DNA from: Rubripirellula sp.
Lineage (GTDB): Bacteria; Planctomycetota; Planctomycetia; Pirellulales; Pirellulaceae
NCBI GenBank assembly: GCA_965216875.1
Contig: OZ244207.1
Location: 2,368,001 to 2,432,000 of the forward strand
Direction of reading: 5' to 3'
Length of the DNA stretch: 64,000 nt
Shown here: piece by piece, positions 1 to 10,066 of the stretch
Position numbering within the stretch: the first letter of the stretch is position 1
Layout: each line of letters begins with the position of its first letter
The notes under the pieces: generated by a model
What the model saw: the letters and a program-made list of their open reading frames with translations, nothing else
Database searches by the model: none
Told to the model about the DNA's origin: nothing
Made by a program: the position numbers and the translations under genes

Positions 1-343
1 TGACACAGGCCAGGACAACCAAAAGCATCCAGCCGACCATATTGCCCAAAGATAGACCGCCAAGACCACCGCCTCCGCCGCCACCTCCGCCGCCCGCGGC
101 ACCACCTGTGTTGGTGGTCGCCTTGTTCTTCGAAACTCGATCGGCTTTGGGCAACCAACGACTGTTACGGTTGAGCACCTCGCCGTCAGCTGGCGTGACG
201 TGAATGGGAACGAGCTCACCCGCGTCGCCGTCGAACCAGCTCGTATTGGGAATCGATCGTGACGCGGGAGATTCGTCGTCGCCGAGCGCAGGAACAGAGA
301 TCGAGAGCAGGCACAAACAAGCCGCCAAACACCGGAACATCAT
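1..343 (-). CDS. Partial membrane protein (5' part only), probably the DUF4129-type member of the RDD/SpoIIM operon
   Basis: Read manually: ATG at 343 overlaps the TGA of the upstream gene (ATGA). MMFRCLAACLCLLSISVPALG... gives a signal peptide, a poly-Gly linker and a TM segment, and the ORF runs off the window end. Family inferred from operon context. Confidence 0.65.
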   Translation of the reverse strand, partial: MMFRCLAACLCLLSISVPALGDDESPASRSIPNTSWFDGDAGELVPIHVTPADGEVLNRNSRWLPKADRVSKNKATTNTGGAAGGGGGGGGGGLGGLSLGNMVGWMLLVVLACV

Positions 344-1377
344 CCTTCCTCCGATGTAACGAGTGCTGCGGTTTCGACCTCTTGCGATGACTGAGTGCCA
401 CTCTTTTGTGGCCGACGTTTTTCAGATGGCGTCACGCGATGCCGCTGCATCCAGCCGGCATCTTCACCAAACTGACGCATCGCTTCGGCTCGAATCGCTA
501 ATTCGACTTCCCAACCTTCGAGACGAATCCGCGTATCGAGGTAGCTGAGCAGTCGAACGATACAGCTCAGTCCAGCCACCATCCACAAAGCTAATGGAAA
601 AATCACCACGTAGACGAACAGATCCCAGCTCCACGCCCCGGTCCCAATTCCCCGGACAAAAAGCAGCGAATAGATCGTGCTAAGCAGGATCCAGAACAGC
701 ACGAATGCCACGGCAAAGAAGCGTCCTCCAAGGTCACTCGCGACCGGGGTATGCAGCGATTTTGAACGGCGTGAAGAGGTAATCTCATTCTTGTTTTTCG
801 AACGCAGTGGACATTGTTCGAGCAACAGAATCTCGGGAAGAAACGGACGAGAACTGCGTTGAACCGCCATCACGACAACGAGAACGATTGGCAACATGAC
901 GTCCATCAACGGGTTCGCGTCGTGCGCAAACATTCGAAAGGCGAGCAGGAACATGGTAGGAATCGCCATCCTTGTCACGCCCAGTACCCAAACCCAAGTG
1001 CGAGCCAGGCGCCGCACTTCGCGAAAAACACTACGCCAAGGCGGCCTTTGCTCGAAAACGGCTTGCCCCAAGTAGTAGGTCGTAAACACTCCCGCCGCTG
1101 GGGTTTGCAAAATGACGAGCAGTGTCATCCACATCATGTACCGAGTGAGCTCCGGAAACGCCTCCGGATCGTCGAACCCATATTTCGATTCGTTGAGAGG
1201 AATTCCGCCCAACAAAACGAAGTTGGCGATGGCCCAAGGCAATGCGCCAAGAGCGAACCCAACGAGCAGCGAGCTGGGATAGCGACGTATCATCACCAGT
1301 GCGAGGTCACCAATCTCAGAAAGCGCTCTGAGTCGGATAACAACATGCGTGCGATCAAGCTGCATCTTCGCCTCCAT
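340..1377 (-). CDS. Multi-pass membrane protein of the RDD/SpoIIM operon
   Basis: 345 aa, several TM helices, C-terminal YLDTRIRLEGWEVEL motif typical of this operon member; overlaps both neighbours. Confidence 0.75.
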   Translation of the reverse strand: MEAKMQLDRTHVVIRLRALSEIGDLALVMIRRYPSSLLVGFALGALPWAIANFVLLGGIPLNESKYGFDDPEAFPELTRYMMWMTLLVILQTPAAGVFTTYYLGQAVFEQRPPWRSVFREVRRLARTWVWVLGVTRMAIPTMFLLAFRMFAHDANPLMDVMLPIVLVVVMAVQRSSRPFLPEILLLEQCPLRSKNKNEITSSRRSKSLHTPVASDLGGRFFAVAFVLFWILLSTIYSLLFVRGIGTGAWSWDLFVYVVIFPLALWMVAGLSCIVRLLSYLDTRIRLEGWEVELAIRAEAMRQFGEDAGWMQRHRVTPSEKRRPQKSGTQSSQEVETAALVTSEEG

Positions 1378-2383
1378 CGATCGGGGGCGCCGTCAAGATA
1401 TCTCTCGGGAATCCAAGGATCACAAAGTAGAAGCTGATCAACCCCGACGACATGATCGCCCACATCGCCTTGACCGTGTAAGGCGCTGGACTTGGCGAGA
1501 GAAATCCTTCGGTAAACGCCGCCATACAAAACAGAACGGCGGAGGCCGAGATGACGGGCACGGCGCGCATGGCGCTCTTTCGAACCGAATCCATCCGAGA
1601 CAGACCACCGGTGCTGAACAGACCAACGCCAAGCCTTAGTCCGGCCGCAGCTGCAAGTGCGATCGCCGTCAGTTCGAACGGACCGTGCGCCGTGACGAAG
1701 TGGTAAAAGTTATCACCGCCCGAAACCTCGGGTCTGGCCATGTAGCCAAACATTGTCCCCAGCGCTACCGCGTTAAAGGCAAGCGTGAACAAACAGGGGA
1801 TGATCAGGATTCCATAAGCAAAACACTGCAAACCGATGCCCGTGTTGTGACGGATGTAAAACGAAGACATCATCACATAGTGGTCAAGCGACGCGTCGAG
1901 CGGCTCGTCGTACATCTCTTCGAGGCTTTCCAGTTGCGTTTCACCCACCATGTTTTGGGCAAAGTTTGGAAAGAGTTCCTCGTTCGCACCGAGATACATC
2001 GAAAGTGCGAAGAGACCAAAAAACACAAACGTCGCCACGCGGACACAGGGGTCGGCAAAGATCTGCTGAGGAGCTTGACGCAGGATCACGTCATGCCAGC
2101 GATTGGGCTCAAACCGATTGGCACGATAGAGTTGGTTGTGTGCTCGAGCGACCAAACGGTGCAGGTAGGTGACCGTTCCCGGCGGCAGTTGGTAAGCATC
2201 CGCCAACGCGAGGTCTGCACACGCAGCACGGTAGAGCGTTGAAAAACGTGAAACGCCCTCTGCGCCACGATGTCCTGGTCCACGGGCCGAATCGGTCTTT
2301 CCACGAACCTCCATTGCATCACACAGTCGTTCCAATTCTGTCCATTGGACCCGGCGTTTTTCGAGCAGTGTTGCGACGTTCAT
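1355..2383 (-). CDS. Stage II sporulation protein M (SpoIIM/DUF95) family membrane protein
   Basis: LYRAACADLALA, YLHRLVARAH, HN..IG, HGPFELTAI and AAFTEGFLSP motifs. Confidence 0.85.
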   Translation of the reverse strand: MNVATLLEKRRVQWTELERLCDAMEVRGKTDSARGPGHRGAEGVSRFSTLYRAACADLALADAYQLPPGTVTYLHRLVARAHNQLYRANRFEPNRWHDVILRQAPQQIFADPCVRVATFVFFGLFALSMYLGANEELFPNFAQNMVGETQLESLEEMYDEPLDASLDHYVMMSSFYIRHNTGIGLQCFAYGILIIPCLFTLAFNAVALGTMFGYMARPEVSGGDNFYHFVTAHGPFELTAIALAAAAGLRLGVGLFSTGGLSRMDSVRKSAMRAVPVISASAVLFCMAAFTEGFLSPSPAPYTVKAMWAIMSSGLISFYFVILGFPRDILTAPPIDGGEDAA

Positions 2384-3426
2384 TGAGGCCCCCGGTTTGG
2401 CTGGCCCTGAGTTGGCTGAGGCCGCATTTGCTGAGTGGTTACCGGCGCACTCGGACCGTCCATCGACGGCAGCTGGTTGTCCGAACTCGTGAGCGCTTCG
2501 GTGATGGCTGAAGTGGGCGCGTTGCTGTCGCCAGCGAGCCCCTGAGGTTTATTCATATCGCGTAGCAGCGGGCTGTAACCGGCTAGTGGTCCCAGATCAG
2601 GCAACTCGGCATTGGGGTCGGCGAGAAAAGTCTTGTAGTAAAGCGCATACATCAGCAAATCGGGATCGATATCCGGACGGAACTCAAATCGTTCCACCAG
2701 CGGCGCGGTCAAATGGCGTGCAACTTCACGCCGGCGAGCTGGCGTCAGGTAGTGACGACGTTCAGCGTAAATGGCCAACGTCCGCGCCATGCTACGCGAC
2801 ACGCGGTAGTCACCCGGAAAGAAAGATGCCAACGCTGGCACTCTCGCGTCATCCACCTTGGCCACCGGCAGCCTCCAACTCCGTTCGTCAACAATCACCA
2901 TCGTTCCTGCTGCTAAATCGCCCAGACGTTGCAGACGGCGAGTCGAAATCATGACCCCGAGCCCAATCATGCCCGTGGGTATCAAAAACGCGGGCGGCGC
3001 GCCCTCGGCGATATCAGCCAACGCCGCCATGGGGAATAGATCGGCAATCCTCAGCAGGTTCCGAATCAACGCGCGCTTTCCGCTGATCGGTCTGCCGTCG
3101 ACCGAAATTGCGCGAATCCCACAGGCCCATTTCCCGATCGTACGACCGTTGAAATAGGTCTCCAAGATCGTGCCGTAAAACCAACTCACGAAAAAGTAGA
3201 TCAGGTTCACGGCCGCAAAAGCGAACGGTCCCAGCGCCCAAAAATCAACCAGCCCGACAATCAACATGATCCCGAGACCCACCGCAAGGATGAACATCCA
3301 GCGAATGGCGACGTCGATCAAATAGGCAGGCAGGCGACGGAACGGGCCTGCAAGTTGGTAATCGAACGAGATGTTCTCGGGCGTAACAACCGCGATTGTT
3401 GTATCGAGTGCTGCGGGGGCGGCCAT
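2380..3426 (-). CDS. RDD family protein
   Basis: VVTPENI...LAGPFRRLPAYLID, GRTIGKW, RNLLRIAD, QRLGDLAAGTMV; likely start ATG 3426 (ORF open to 3477). Confidence 0.85.
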   Translation of the reverse strand: MAAPAALDTTIAVVTPENISFDYQLAGPFRRLPAYLIDVAIRWMFILAVGLGIMLIVGLVDFWALGPFAFAAVNLIYFFVSWFYGTILETYFNGRTIGKWACGIRAISVDGRPISGKRALIRNLLRIADLFPMAALADIAEGAPPAFLIPTGMIGLGVMISTRRLQRLGDLAAGTMVIVDERSWRLPVAKVDDARVPALASFFPGDYRVSRSMARTLAIYAERRHYLTPARRREVARHLTAPLVERFEFRPDIDPDLLMYALYYKTFLADPNAELPDLGPLAGYSPLLRDMNKPQGLAGDSNAPTSAITEALTSSDNQLPSMDGPSAPVTTQQMRPQPTQGQPNRGPQ

Positions 3427-3734
3427 GCGGTCGTCAAAACTCTCGTGAATGTAAATCTGGGCTGCCGCAACCACCACCGATTCTCTCGGAGGTTTCGGAA
3501 AGGGATGTCCTTCCAGTTTCCGGCTCTACCATTATCGACCGCGTCCCCCCCGCTATGCAACTGCATGGCAAGATTCCGCGATCGACTTGCGAACAAAAGT
3601 TGTACGTTTTCTGCCGCCAGATTGTGCGGCAGATGCCACTTGATACAGCACTTCGTGCTAAAACTTGACTCCTGCCGCTCTCATTTGACCTCCTCAATGT
3701 GCGCGCGTCATTCTCCCGCGCTTCTGAAGACGCC

Positions 3735-5369
3735 ATGACCGATTCGTCGCAAGCTCCCAATCCCTACGAAAGTCACCCGCCATCGGACGACGCCAACGGC
3801 TCATTGGATAGCACAAAAGGCCCCTCCTCGAATCCAGAATCGGACGATCAGTCCCCTGTCGACCCACCCCAGAGCCCGATGCGCATCATTCGCTGCATCG
3901 GACCGGGCCTGATTGTCGCCGGTTCCATCGTGGGCAGCGGTGAATTGATCGCGACGACCAAGACGGGTGCCGAAGCCGGATTCAGCCTGCTTTGGTTGAT
4001 CATCATCGGCTGCGTGGTAAAGGTCTTTGCTCAAATCGAGTTTGGCCGCTATGCGATCATTAGTGGAAAGCCAACCCTTCGAGCGCTTGATGAAGTGCCA
4101 GGACCACGCATCAAGGGTCGCGGTAACTGGTTGGTTTGGTATTGGCTGGTGATGTGGCTGGCGAGCATCAGCCAACTCGGCGGAATTGTAGGTGGCGTCG
4201 GCCAAGCACTTGCGATCAGCGCACCGATCACTCAAGCCGGTGTCGCCTACAACGAAACCGCCGACGCAGAAACCCTCAAGAAGTTCGAAGACTTCCTCGA
4301 AGCTCAAGATGGCGAAGCGGTCGCGGGGGAAGAATCCAACGTTCGCCTTGTCGACGACACGCCGTCCGAAACCGCAACGCTTGCCACACCAGCCGACGCG
4401 GCGATCTGGGCAACCATCATGGCGGTCGCAACAAGTGTGCTGCTTTATGTCGGCCGCTACGGATTGATTCAATCACTTTCGACCGTCCTGGTCGCGTCGT
4501 TCACCGTCCTAACCGTATTGAATCTGTTCTTGTTGCAACGCCAAGCGGACTGGAGCGTCAGTCTGGCCGAGTTTGTTTCCGGTTTGAAATTCTCATTGCC
4601 CGAATCCTCGCCAGGGGTAAACCCGATCGGAACCGCGTTGGCCACGTTTGGCATTATTGGAGTGGGAGCCGCGGAACTGGTGGTCTATCCCTATTGGTGC
4701 CTCGAAAAAGGATATGCACGCTTCACAGGCAAAAACGATGGTTCGGCAGAATGGACTCGGCGCGCCCAGGGCTGGATGCGGGTGATGCGGGTCGACGCCT
4801 GGGGTGCGATGGCGGTCTACACCTTCGCGACGGTCGCCTTCTACTTACTAGGAGCCGCGATTCTTCACCGCGTCGGATTGAACCCTGAACGCGACAGCAT
4901 GGTTCGCACGCTCGCCGTGATGTTTGTGCCCGTCTTTTCTGATTGGGCTTCGGCAGTCTTTCTCTTTGGTGCGTTCGCAGTCCTGTATTCGACCTTCTTT
5001 GTGGCCAATGCAAGTCACGCCCGGACCTTTGCGGATGCGTTGCATGTCATTGGCGTGATCGGAAAGGACGAAGAAACCCAAAAGAAATGGGTCCGGATTC
5101 TCAGCGGCGTCTTCCCCATCTTGTGCTTGGTGATCTTCCTCTTGATACAAGCCCCCGCGCAGCTTGTCTTGATTTCTGGCGTCGCCCAGGGAGTGATGCT
5201 TCCGATGCTCGCCGGCGCTGCCCTCTTTTTCCGATACCGACGTTCCGTCCCCGGACTCACACCCGGCAAGATTTGGGACATCATGCTTTGGGTTTCGGCC
5301 GTCGCAATGTTGATCACCGGAAGCTGGACCGTGATCAACAAAGTGCAGGGGTATTTGTCAGGCCCGTAA
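3735..5369 (+). CDS. Nramp/MntH-like (APC superfamily) transporter
   Basis: IGPGLIVAGSIVGSGELIATTKTGAEAG motif, about 11 TM helices; likely start ATG 3735. Confidence 0.75.
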   Translation: MTDSSQAPNPYESHPPSDDANGSLDSTKGPSSNPESDDQSPVDPPQSPMRIIRCIGPGLIVAGSIVGSGELIATTKTGAEAGFSLLWLIIIGCVVKVFAQIEFGRYAIISGKPTLRALDEVPGPRIKGRGNWLVWYWLVMWLASISQLGGIVGGVGQALAISAPITQAGVAYNETADAETLKKFEDFLEAQDGEAVAGEESNVRLVDDTPSETATLATPADAAIWATIMAVATSVLLYVGRYGLIQSLSTVLVASFTVLTVLNLFLLQRQADWSVSLAEFVSGLKFSLPESSPGVNPIGTALATFGIIGVGAAELVVYPYWCLEKGYARFTGKNDGSAEWTRRAQGWMRVMRVDAWGAMAVYTFATVAFYLLGAAILHRVGLNPERDSMVRTLAVMFVPVFSDWASAVFLFGAFAVLYSTFFVANASHARTFADALHVIGVIGKDEETQKKWVRILSGVFPILCLVIFLLIQAPAQLVLISGVAQGVMLPMLAGAALFFRYRRSVPGLTPGKIWDIMLWVSAVAMLITGSWTVINKVQGYLSGP

Positions 5370-5579
5370 TCGGCTAGCCTCTCGCAAATGACGTAATCGC
5401 GGCTCGTCGAGAGGCATTGTGTTCCAGGGACAATTCGGCCCCCGCTTTTTTCGGACCAACCTCAGGCGAAAGCGCGTGAAGAATCCCGCGAATGCTCGGT
5501 GCTACAAACGGGTGTTTAGGTAATCATCGCAGTCCTACTGCGCAGTCATCGACAAACACTGGAGAAGGCATTCCTTTCG

Positions 5580-6560
5580 ATGCGTTTTGGAATCATAGGT
5601 ACTGGACGGATCACCCGTCGCCTCGTGGCTGACTTACAGTCGACCGACGGCGTCGAGGTAACGGCGATTGCCAGTCGCACTGCGGAACGTGCGAAATGGT
5701 ACGCCGACCAATATGGAATCGCGGCAGCGGTAAGCGGCTACGCCGAGTTACTCAAGCGCGACGACATCGATGCCGTCTATATCTCATTGCCCCCATCGAT
5801 GCACTGCGAATGGACGCTCGCAGCAGCGATCGCGGGCAAACATGTCCTCTGTGAAAAACCGCTGGGCGTCAACGCTAAGGAAGCGCTCGCGATGATGGAC
5901 GCTTGCCATAGCGCAGGCGTGCGATTGCTCGATGCCACTGGTTGGCTTCACCACCCTCGCACTGACGCGTTTGCGGACTGGCTGACTGCGGGAGAATTTG
6001 GAACGATCGGCCACATCAGCGCCGCCGTTTCCTTCTACCAGCCGTTTCAATCGGGCGACCATCGTCTCGACCCTGAGCTTGGCGGAGGCTGCATTCTCGA
6101 CTTGGGCTGGTACGCATGCGGAGTCGTTCGATTCGCAATGCAACAATTGCCGCAATCGGTTGTTGCCGAAGCGGTGTTTCGTGACGGTGTCCCACAACGC
6201 GCGACCGCAATCCTCCGCTTCGACAACGACATTTCCGCTTCCGTCTCGTGTGGCTACGACACGGCAACTCGCAAATGGTTCGAAGTCGCGGGAAGCGGGT
6301 CGTCGCTCATCTGTGATGATTTCACCCGTCCTTGGCATGATCGACCGCCCCGTTGTTGGATTCATGACGCATCGGGATCGGTCCAATCACACAGCTACGC
6401 GGGCAATCAAGAGCGACGCATGATTTCACGTTTCATCGGCGATGAATCGATCAGTGCGTTGCAACAACAGTGCTACCAGACGCAACAAATCCTCGACGCA
6501 ATCAACCGGTCCGTTTCGGAAAACGAGCGTGTTGAAATGCAGGATATCGTCGGAGCTTGA
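5580..6560 (+). CDS. Gfo/Idh/MocA family oxidoreductase
   Basis: GIIGTGRI, AGKHVLCEKP, GGGCILDLGWY. Confidence 0.9.
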   Translation: MRFGIIGTGRITRRLVADLQSTDGVEVTAIASRTAERAKWYADQYGIAAAVSGYAELLKRDDIDAVYISLPPSMHCEWTLAAAIAGKHVLCEKPLGVNAKEALAMMDACHSAGVRLLDATGWLHHPRTDAFADWLTAGEFGTIGHISAAVSFYQPFQSGDHRLDPELGGGCILDLGWYACGVVRFAMQQLPQSVVAEAVFRDGVPQRATAILRFDNDISASVSCGYDTATRKWFEVAGSGSSLICDDFTRPWHDRPPRCWIHDASGSVQSHSYAGNQERRMISRFIGDESISALQQQCYQTQQILDAINRSVSENERVEMQDIVGA

Positions 6561-6564
6561 CGCC

Positions 6565-6912
6565 ATGCGCATGATTGTTGCAATCATCCAACCGACCAAA
6601 CTCTCCGCGGTTCGCGATGCTCTGGCCCAGCTTGGCATTCACAACATGACCGTCTGTGATGCAATGGGCTATGGACGACAGCGCGGACAAGTCGCAAGTT
6701 TTCGTGGCAACGAATACAAGGTCGATCTGCTACGAAAGATTGCCTTGGAAATCGCCGTTTCGGACGAGCGTCTTGACGAGGTGATCGACGTCATCCGCAC
6801 CTCGGCGCTGACCGGCAGCGAAGGACAAATCGGTGACGGCAAGATCTTTGTCCTGCCGATGGGCGAGGCGATCGATATCGCCACCGGCAACCGCGGCGCA
6901 AGGGTGACGTAG
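6565..6912 (+). CDS. P-II family nitrogen regulatory protein (GlnB/GlnK-like)
   Basis: MRMIVAIIQP, GYGRQRG, FRGNEY, GQIGDGKIFV; ATG at 6565. Confidence 0.9.
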   Translation: MRMIVAIIQPTKLSAVRDALAQLGIHNMTVCDAMGYGRQRGQVASFRGNEYKVDLLRKIALEIAVSDERLDEVIDVIRTSALTGSEGQIGDGKIFVLPMGEAIDIATGNRGARVT

Positions 6913-6932
6913 CGCCGCGATGTCTGAGCGGT

Positions 6933-7337
6933 CTATTCCGCGGACATCATCGAGAAATCGCCGTAGTTCCAACTGACGGTCGTGGGCGGATGGAGTTCCG
7001 TTGTCCCAACGCCCGTATTCACAAATTCGCCATCAATCTTGTAGGTCCAACCTTCACTGGCCGACGTTGCCAAATCACCAATTCGATTGACAAAGGCTGT
7101 GGTCCCGGATCCCTGGATCTCGATCGTGGGTTCCGTCAAATCTACCAGCACGGTCTCGAGTGTGGTCCCGTCGGGAACATCAGGGACGGAGTACCGTTGC
7201 ACCGAGTCGCCGCCAAGGATCTCTATCGTGACCGTTCCGGTCTGCTGTTGGCCCGTTTCGCTGCCAGAGGGAGCCTCGCTCTTGGTCGAGCAGGCAGGTA
7301 CCAAGAGAATGAGTGCGAGCAAACAGAACTTTTTCAT
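6933..7337 (-). CDS. Lipoprotein with DUF4430-like domain
   Basis: Lipobox LVPAC; AFVNRIG...EGWTYKIDGEF..G...VSWNY pattern. Confidence 0.7.
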   Translation of the reverse strand: MKKFCLLALILLVPACSTKSEAPSGSETGQQQTGTVTIEILGGDSVQRYSVPDVPDGTTLETVLVDLTEPTIEIQGSGTTAFVNRIGDLATSASEGWTYKIDGEFVNTGVGTTELHPPTTVSWNYGDFSMMSAE

Positions 7338-7375
7338 CGATCGGCTTTATGTGAGTTGTGACCAAAAAGCCGAAC

Positions 7376-8869
7376 CTATTGTTCGCCTTCGCCTTCGTCC
7401 ACCCCTAAACCAAGTTTGCCTTGATGTTCGCTCACGCCAAGCAACTCGGGGTCACTACTGTTGCCACCTACGATCTCGGGCAGTGGAAGAAACGAAAACC
7501 ACTGATGCGGCGCAACCGTATTCGGATTCACCGGCGCGGTAAACCCAGGCTGGAAGGTCGCCCCCATGGCAAGCGTCGAGCTCGACTCTAGCGTTCCATC
7601 CACTAGAAACAGCTCGTACTCGATGCCGTAGTGTGGATTGCCTGTCGAATCACAGACATGAACAAGCCCGCGAAACTTTTCCGCTGACTCTCCTGATGCA
7701 TCGGCGATGCTGTATTGAGCTGACCATCGCTGCCCCGACTGATCAATCTTCAATGGAACGGCGGAATCGTCATTGGCCACGGCCCCCGCAACATACTTGC
7801 GTAGGCAGCATGATGTCATATTGCCATCGCGAAAGAGGGTCGGCGTCGCATGCGGGGCCCTTTCGATTTCGAGATGAACTGCAATCGAACCGACAACTCG
7901 ATCGCCCCAGTTCAACTGATTGCCCTCGCCATCACGAAGCGACAGCGTCATGGTTGCTGTGCGATAGTAGCCGTTGTTGAACAGCTCAGGATTCCGTTCG
8001 TCATTACCTCGATAGTAGCTACCGCCGAGGCGGGGCGGATGCGGCGGAATGAGCGGCCGAACCCTTCGCCCGATCCCAGCAGCACGGTGTCCCTCGACAG
8101 TACCTCTTTGGGCGATCAGTTGACGTTCATATCGTTTCCGTTCGAATTCAACTCGCTCGATGTCTGCACGGTACAACATAAAACCTGCGACCAAGGCTAG
8201 CACGAGCATTGTGATTACGTATTGATTGAGCCCGAATGACGCGGCCAGGCGATCAAAAAGCGTCCTGGCCTCGCGCTGACCGTCCGCAAGTTTGCGTTTG
8301 CGTCGCTGCAACACCAAGATCAGCAACATTGCCGCCAACCCGGGAATTAGCAGACTCTTGGTCGCCAGCTGAATCTCGACGGCGCGTTCGAAAGCCTCAC
8401 TTTTCCATTGCTCGAAGGATTTGGGATTCTCGACGGGAGGCGTTTCGAGCAATTGGTCCGCTGGCCATGACGCACCCTCTTCGACCCAACGTTCAAGCAG
8501 CGCGATTTCTTCGGCCGTCAGCTTCGCCGCATCTTTCGGCATTCGATAGAGTTCGTCGTCCGATCGAATCCGGCTAAGCAGCTCACTCTCTTCCACACTT
8601 CCGAGAATCGGATTGCCGGAATGCCCGCCCAACTCCATGAGCGAGCGACGGTCCAGTCGAAGCCCGCCCCCAGCCTTGAATGCTCCGTGGCACCGCAGGC
8701 ATTTTTCCTGGATCAACGGCCAAATTTCGTCGGCAACGTTGATCGGTCTCTGCGACTCTGCAGCATGAGCAACGCTGCCGAGGATCAAGAGCAATGACGC
8801 AGCAAATCGGCACACGGACGGAAGCTCGATCAATCGAAAGATTGTGAATTCCATGACGGCAAGGAACAC
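7376..8869 (-). CDS. Planctomycete cytochrome c domain membrane protein
   Basis: CLRCH haem motif, GGLRLD, MP...L.RWVEEGA; two internal TM helices; C-terminal domain of unknown function. Confidence 0.75.
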   Translation of the reverse strand: MFLAVMEFTIFRLIELPSVCRFAASLLLILGSVAHAAESQRPINVADEIWPLIQEKCLRCHGAFKAGGGLRLDRRSLMELGGHSGNPILGSVEESELLSRIRSDDELYRMPKDAAKLTAEEIALLERWVEEGASWPADQLLETPPVENPKSFEQWKSEAFERAVEIQLATKSLLIPGLAAMLLILVLQRRKRKLADGQREARTLFDRLAASFGLNQYVITMLVLALVAGFMLYRADIERVEFERKRYERQLIAQRGTVEGHRAAGIGRRVRPLIPPHPPRLGGSYYRGNDERNPELFNNGYYRTATMTLSLRDGEGNQLNWGDRVVGSIAVHLEIERAPHATPTLFRDGNMTSCCLRKYVAGAVANDDSAVPLKIDQSGQRWSAQYSIADASGESAEKFRGLVHVCDSTGNPHYGIEYELFLVDGTLESSSTLAMGATFQPGFTAPVNPNTVAPHQWFSFLPLPEIVGGNSSDPELLGVSEHQGKLGLGVDEGEGEQ

Positions 8870-8907
8870 GCTGGCCGCTTGGCCGCCATGGCATGCTGCC
8901 TAAGCAA

Positions 8908-9876
8908 CTACTTGAAGACGCGTGCGCTCGATTCGTCGGCCGATGGAAAATCCTCGGGAACATCGGTCAACGTGACCTTTCCGGTTGCCGCCCACTCCGT
9001 ACCTCGAAGCAGGACCGTGATGAATCCAACGCACTGCATGGAAACGTCATAGTGTCCCATGGGGGTATGAAAGACGCGTCCCTTTCCGTAGTCGATGGTC
9101 ATCAACATTGGCTCGTGTCGATCGGTACCCTTGTACTTAGGATCGGCGTACGCCGTGGCAAGAATGGTCATGTTGTTCGCTGGTCCACGGAGCTTTTGGT
9201 ACAGCTCGTCTTGCGTGTGTTTCCAAGCCCGTGGCAAGCCTTTGGTAATGGGATGATCAGGATTGCGAACGACGATTTGATATTCATGCTGTGGGCCATG
9301 CGATCCGCCACCACCCGCGGTTGTATCGCGAACGACATTGCCGCCATCGTCGACGTACACATAGGGACCTGATTTTTCATTGCGTCCATCCCAGCCGCCC
9401 AAGCCAATCATCTCATTGAACGCTTTCCATCCACCAAACGAGTTGTCTGCCGCGTGGACAATCACGAGCCCTCCGCCGTCATTAACAAACGACTCGAACG
9501 CTTTCTGCGTCTCTTCTGGCCAAGCGGCCGCCTTCCAACCAAAGTTGCTGATAACAACGTCATAGTCAGAAAAGGTTGGCTTGAATTCTGGGTCCGGCTT
9601 TGGTTGGGGCAGGTCTTCATAGGTCTTTCCGTCGCCAAGAGGGAATTCCTCGAGTAGTTTTCCGCCCTTCCACGTGTACTGGGTCCGAGCCACGTCGACG
9701 GCAAAGCGACCCGAGTCCTCCAGATACTTCTTCATCATCACCGTGGTCTTCGGCCAAGCGCCATGGTTATTCTGGCCGTCAATGATCAAGGCCTTCAACT
9801 TCTCGTCGGCGGTTGCGGAACTGGCAACGACAAACGCGACAAGACAAATCGCGAGAGCACGGATGATTGCGTTCAT
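8908..9876 (-). CDS. ThuA-like domain secreted protein
   Basis: Signal peptide; LIIDGQNNH, GGGLVIVHAA, HPITKG, DELY, YGKGRVFHTPMGH. Confidence 0.85.
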   Translation of the reverse strand: MNAIIRALAICLVAFVVASSATADEKLKALIIDGQNNHGAWPKTTVMMKKYLEDSGRFAVDVARTQYTWKGGKLLEEFPLGDGKTYEDLPQPKPDPEFKPTFSDYDVVISNFGWKAAAWPEETQKAFESFVNDGGGLVIVHAADNSFGGWKAFNEMIGLGGWDGRNEKSGPYVYVDDGGNVVRDTTAGGGGSHGPQHEYQIVVRNPDHPITKGLPRAWKHTQDELYQKLRGPANNMTILATAYADPKYKGTDRHEPMLMTIDYGKGRVFHTPMGHYDVSMQCVGFITVLLRGTEWAATGKVTLTDVPEDFPSADESSARVFK

Positions 9877-10066
9877 ATTCGAAAACTAGTTGGGAGGGTT
9901 GATTTGGTTGGGGCATTTGCCGAGCCCCCAAGCCGAAGAAGGCCGGGCGAGCTCGCGCTCTATCTTACCAGCTTTCCTCGGTTTTTCTGAGCCCCTGCCG
10001 CCTTTGCGACAAATCCCCGCATTGATGCCGACAAGAACCCATCGAACCTTACATCCCCCGAAAAAC

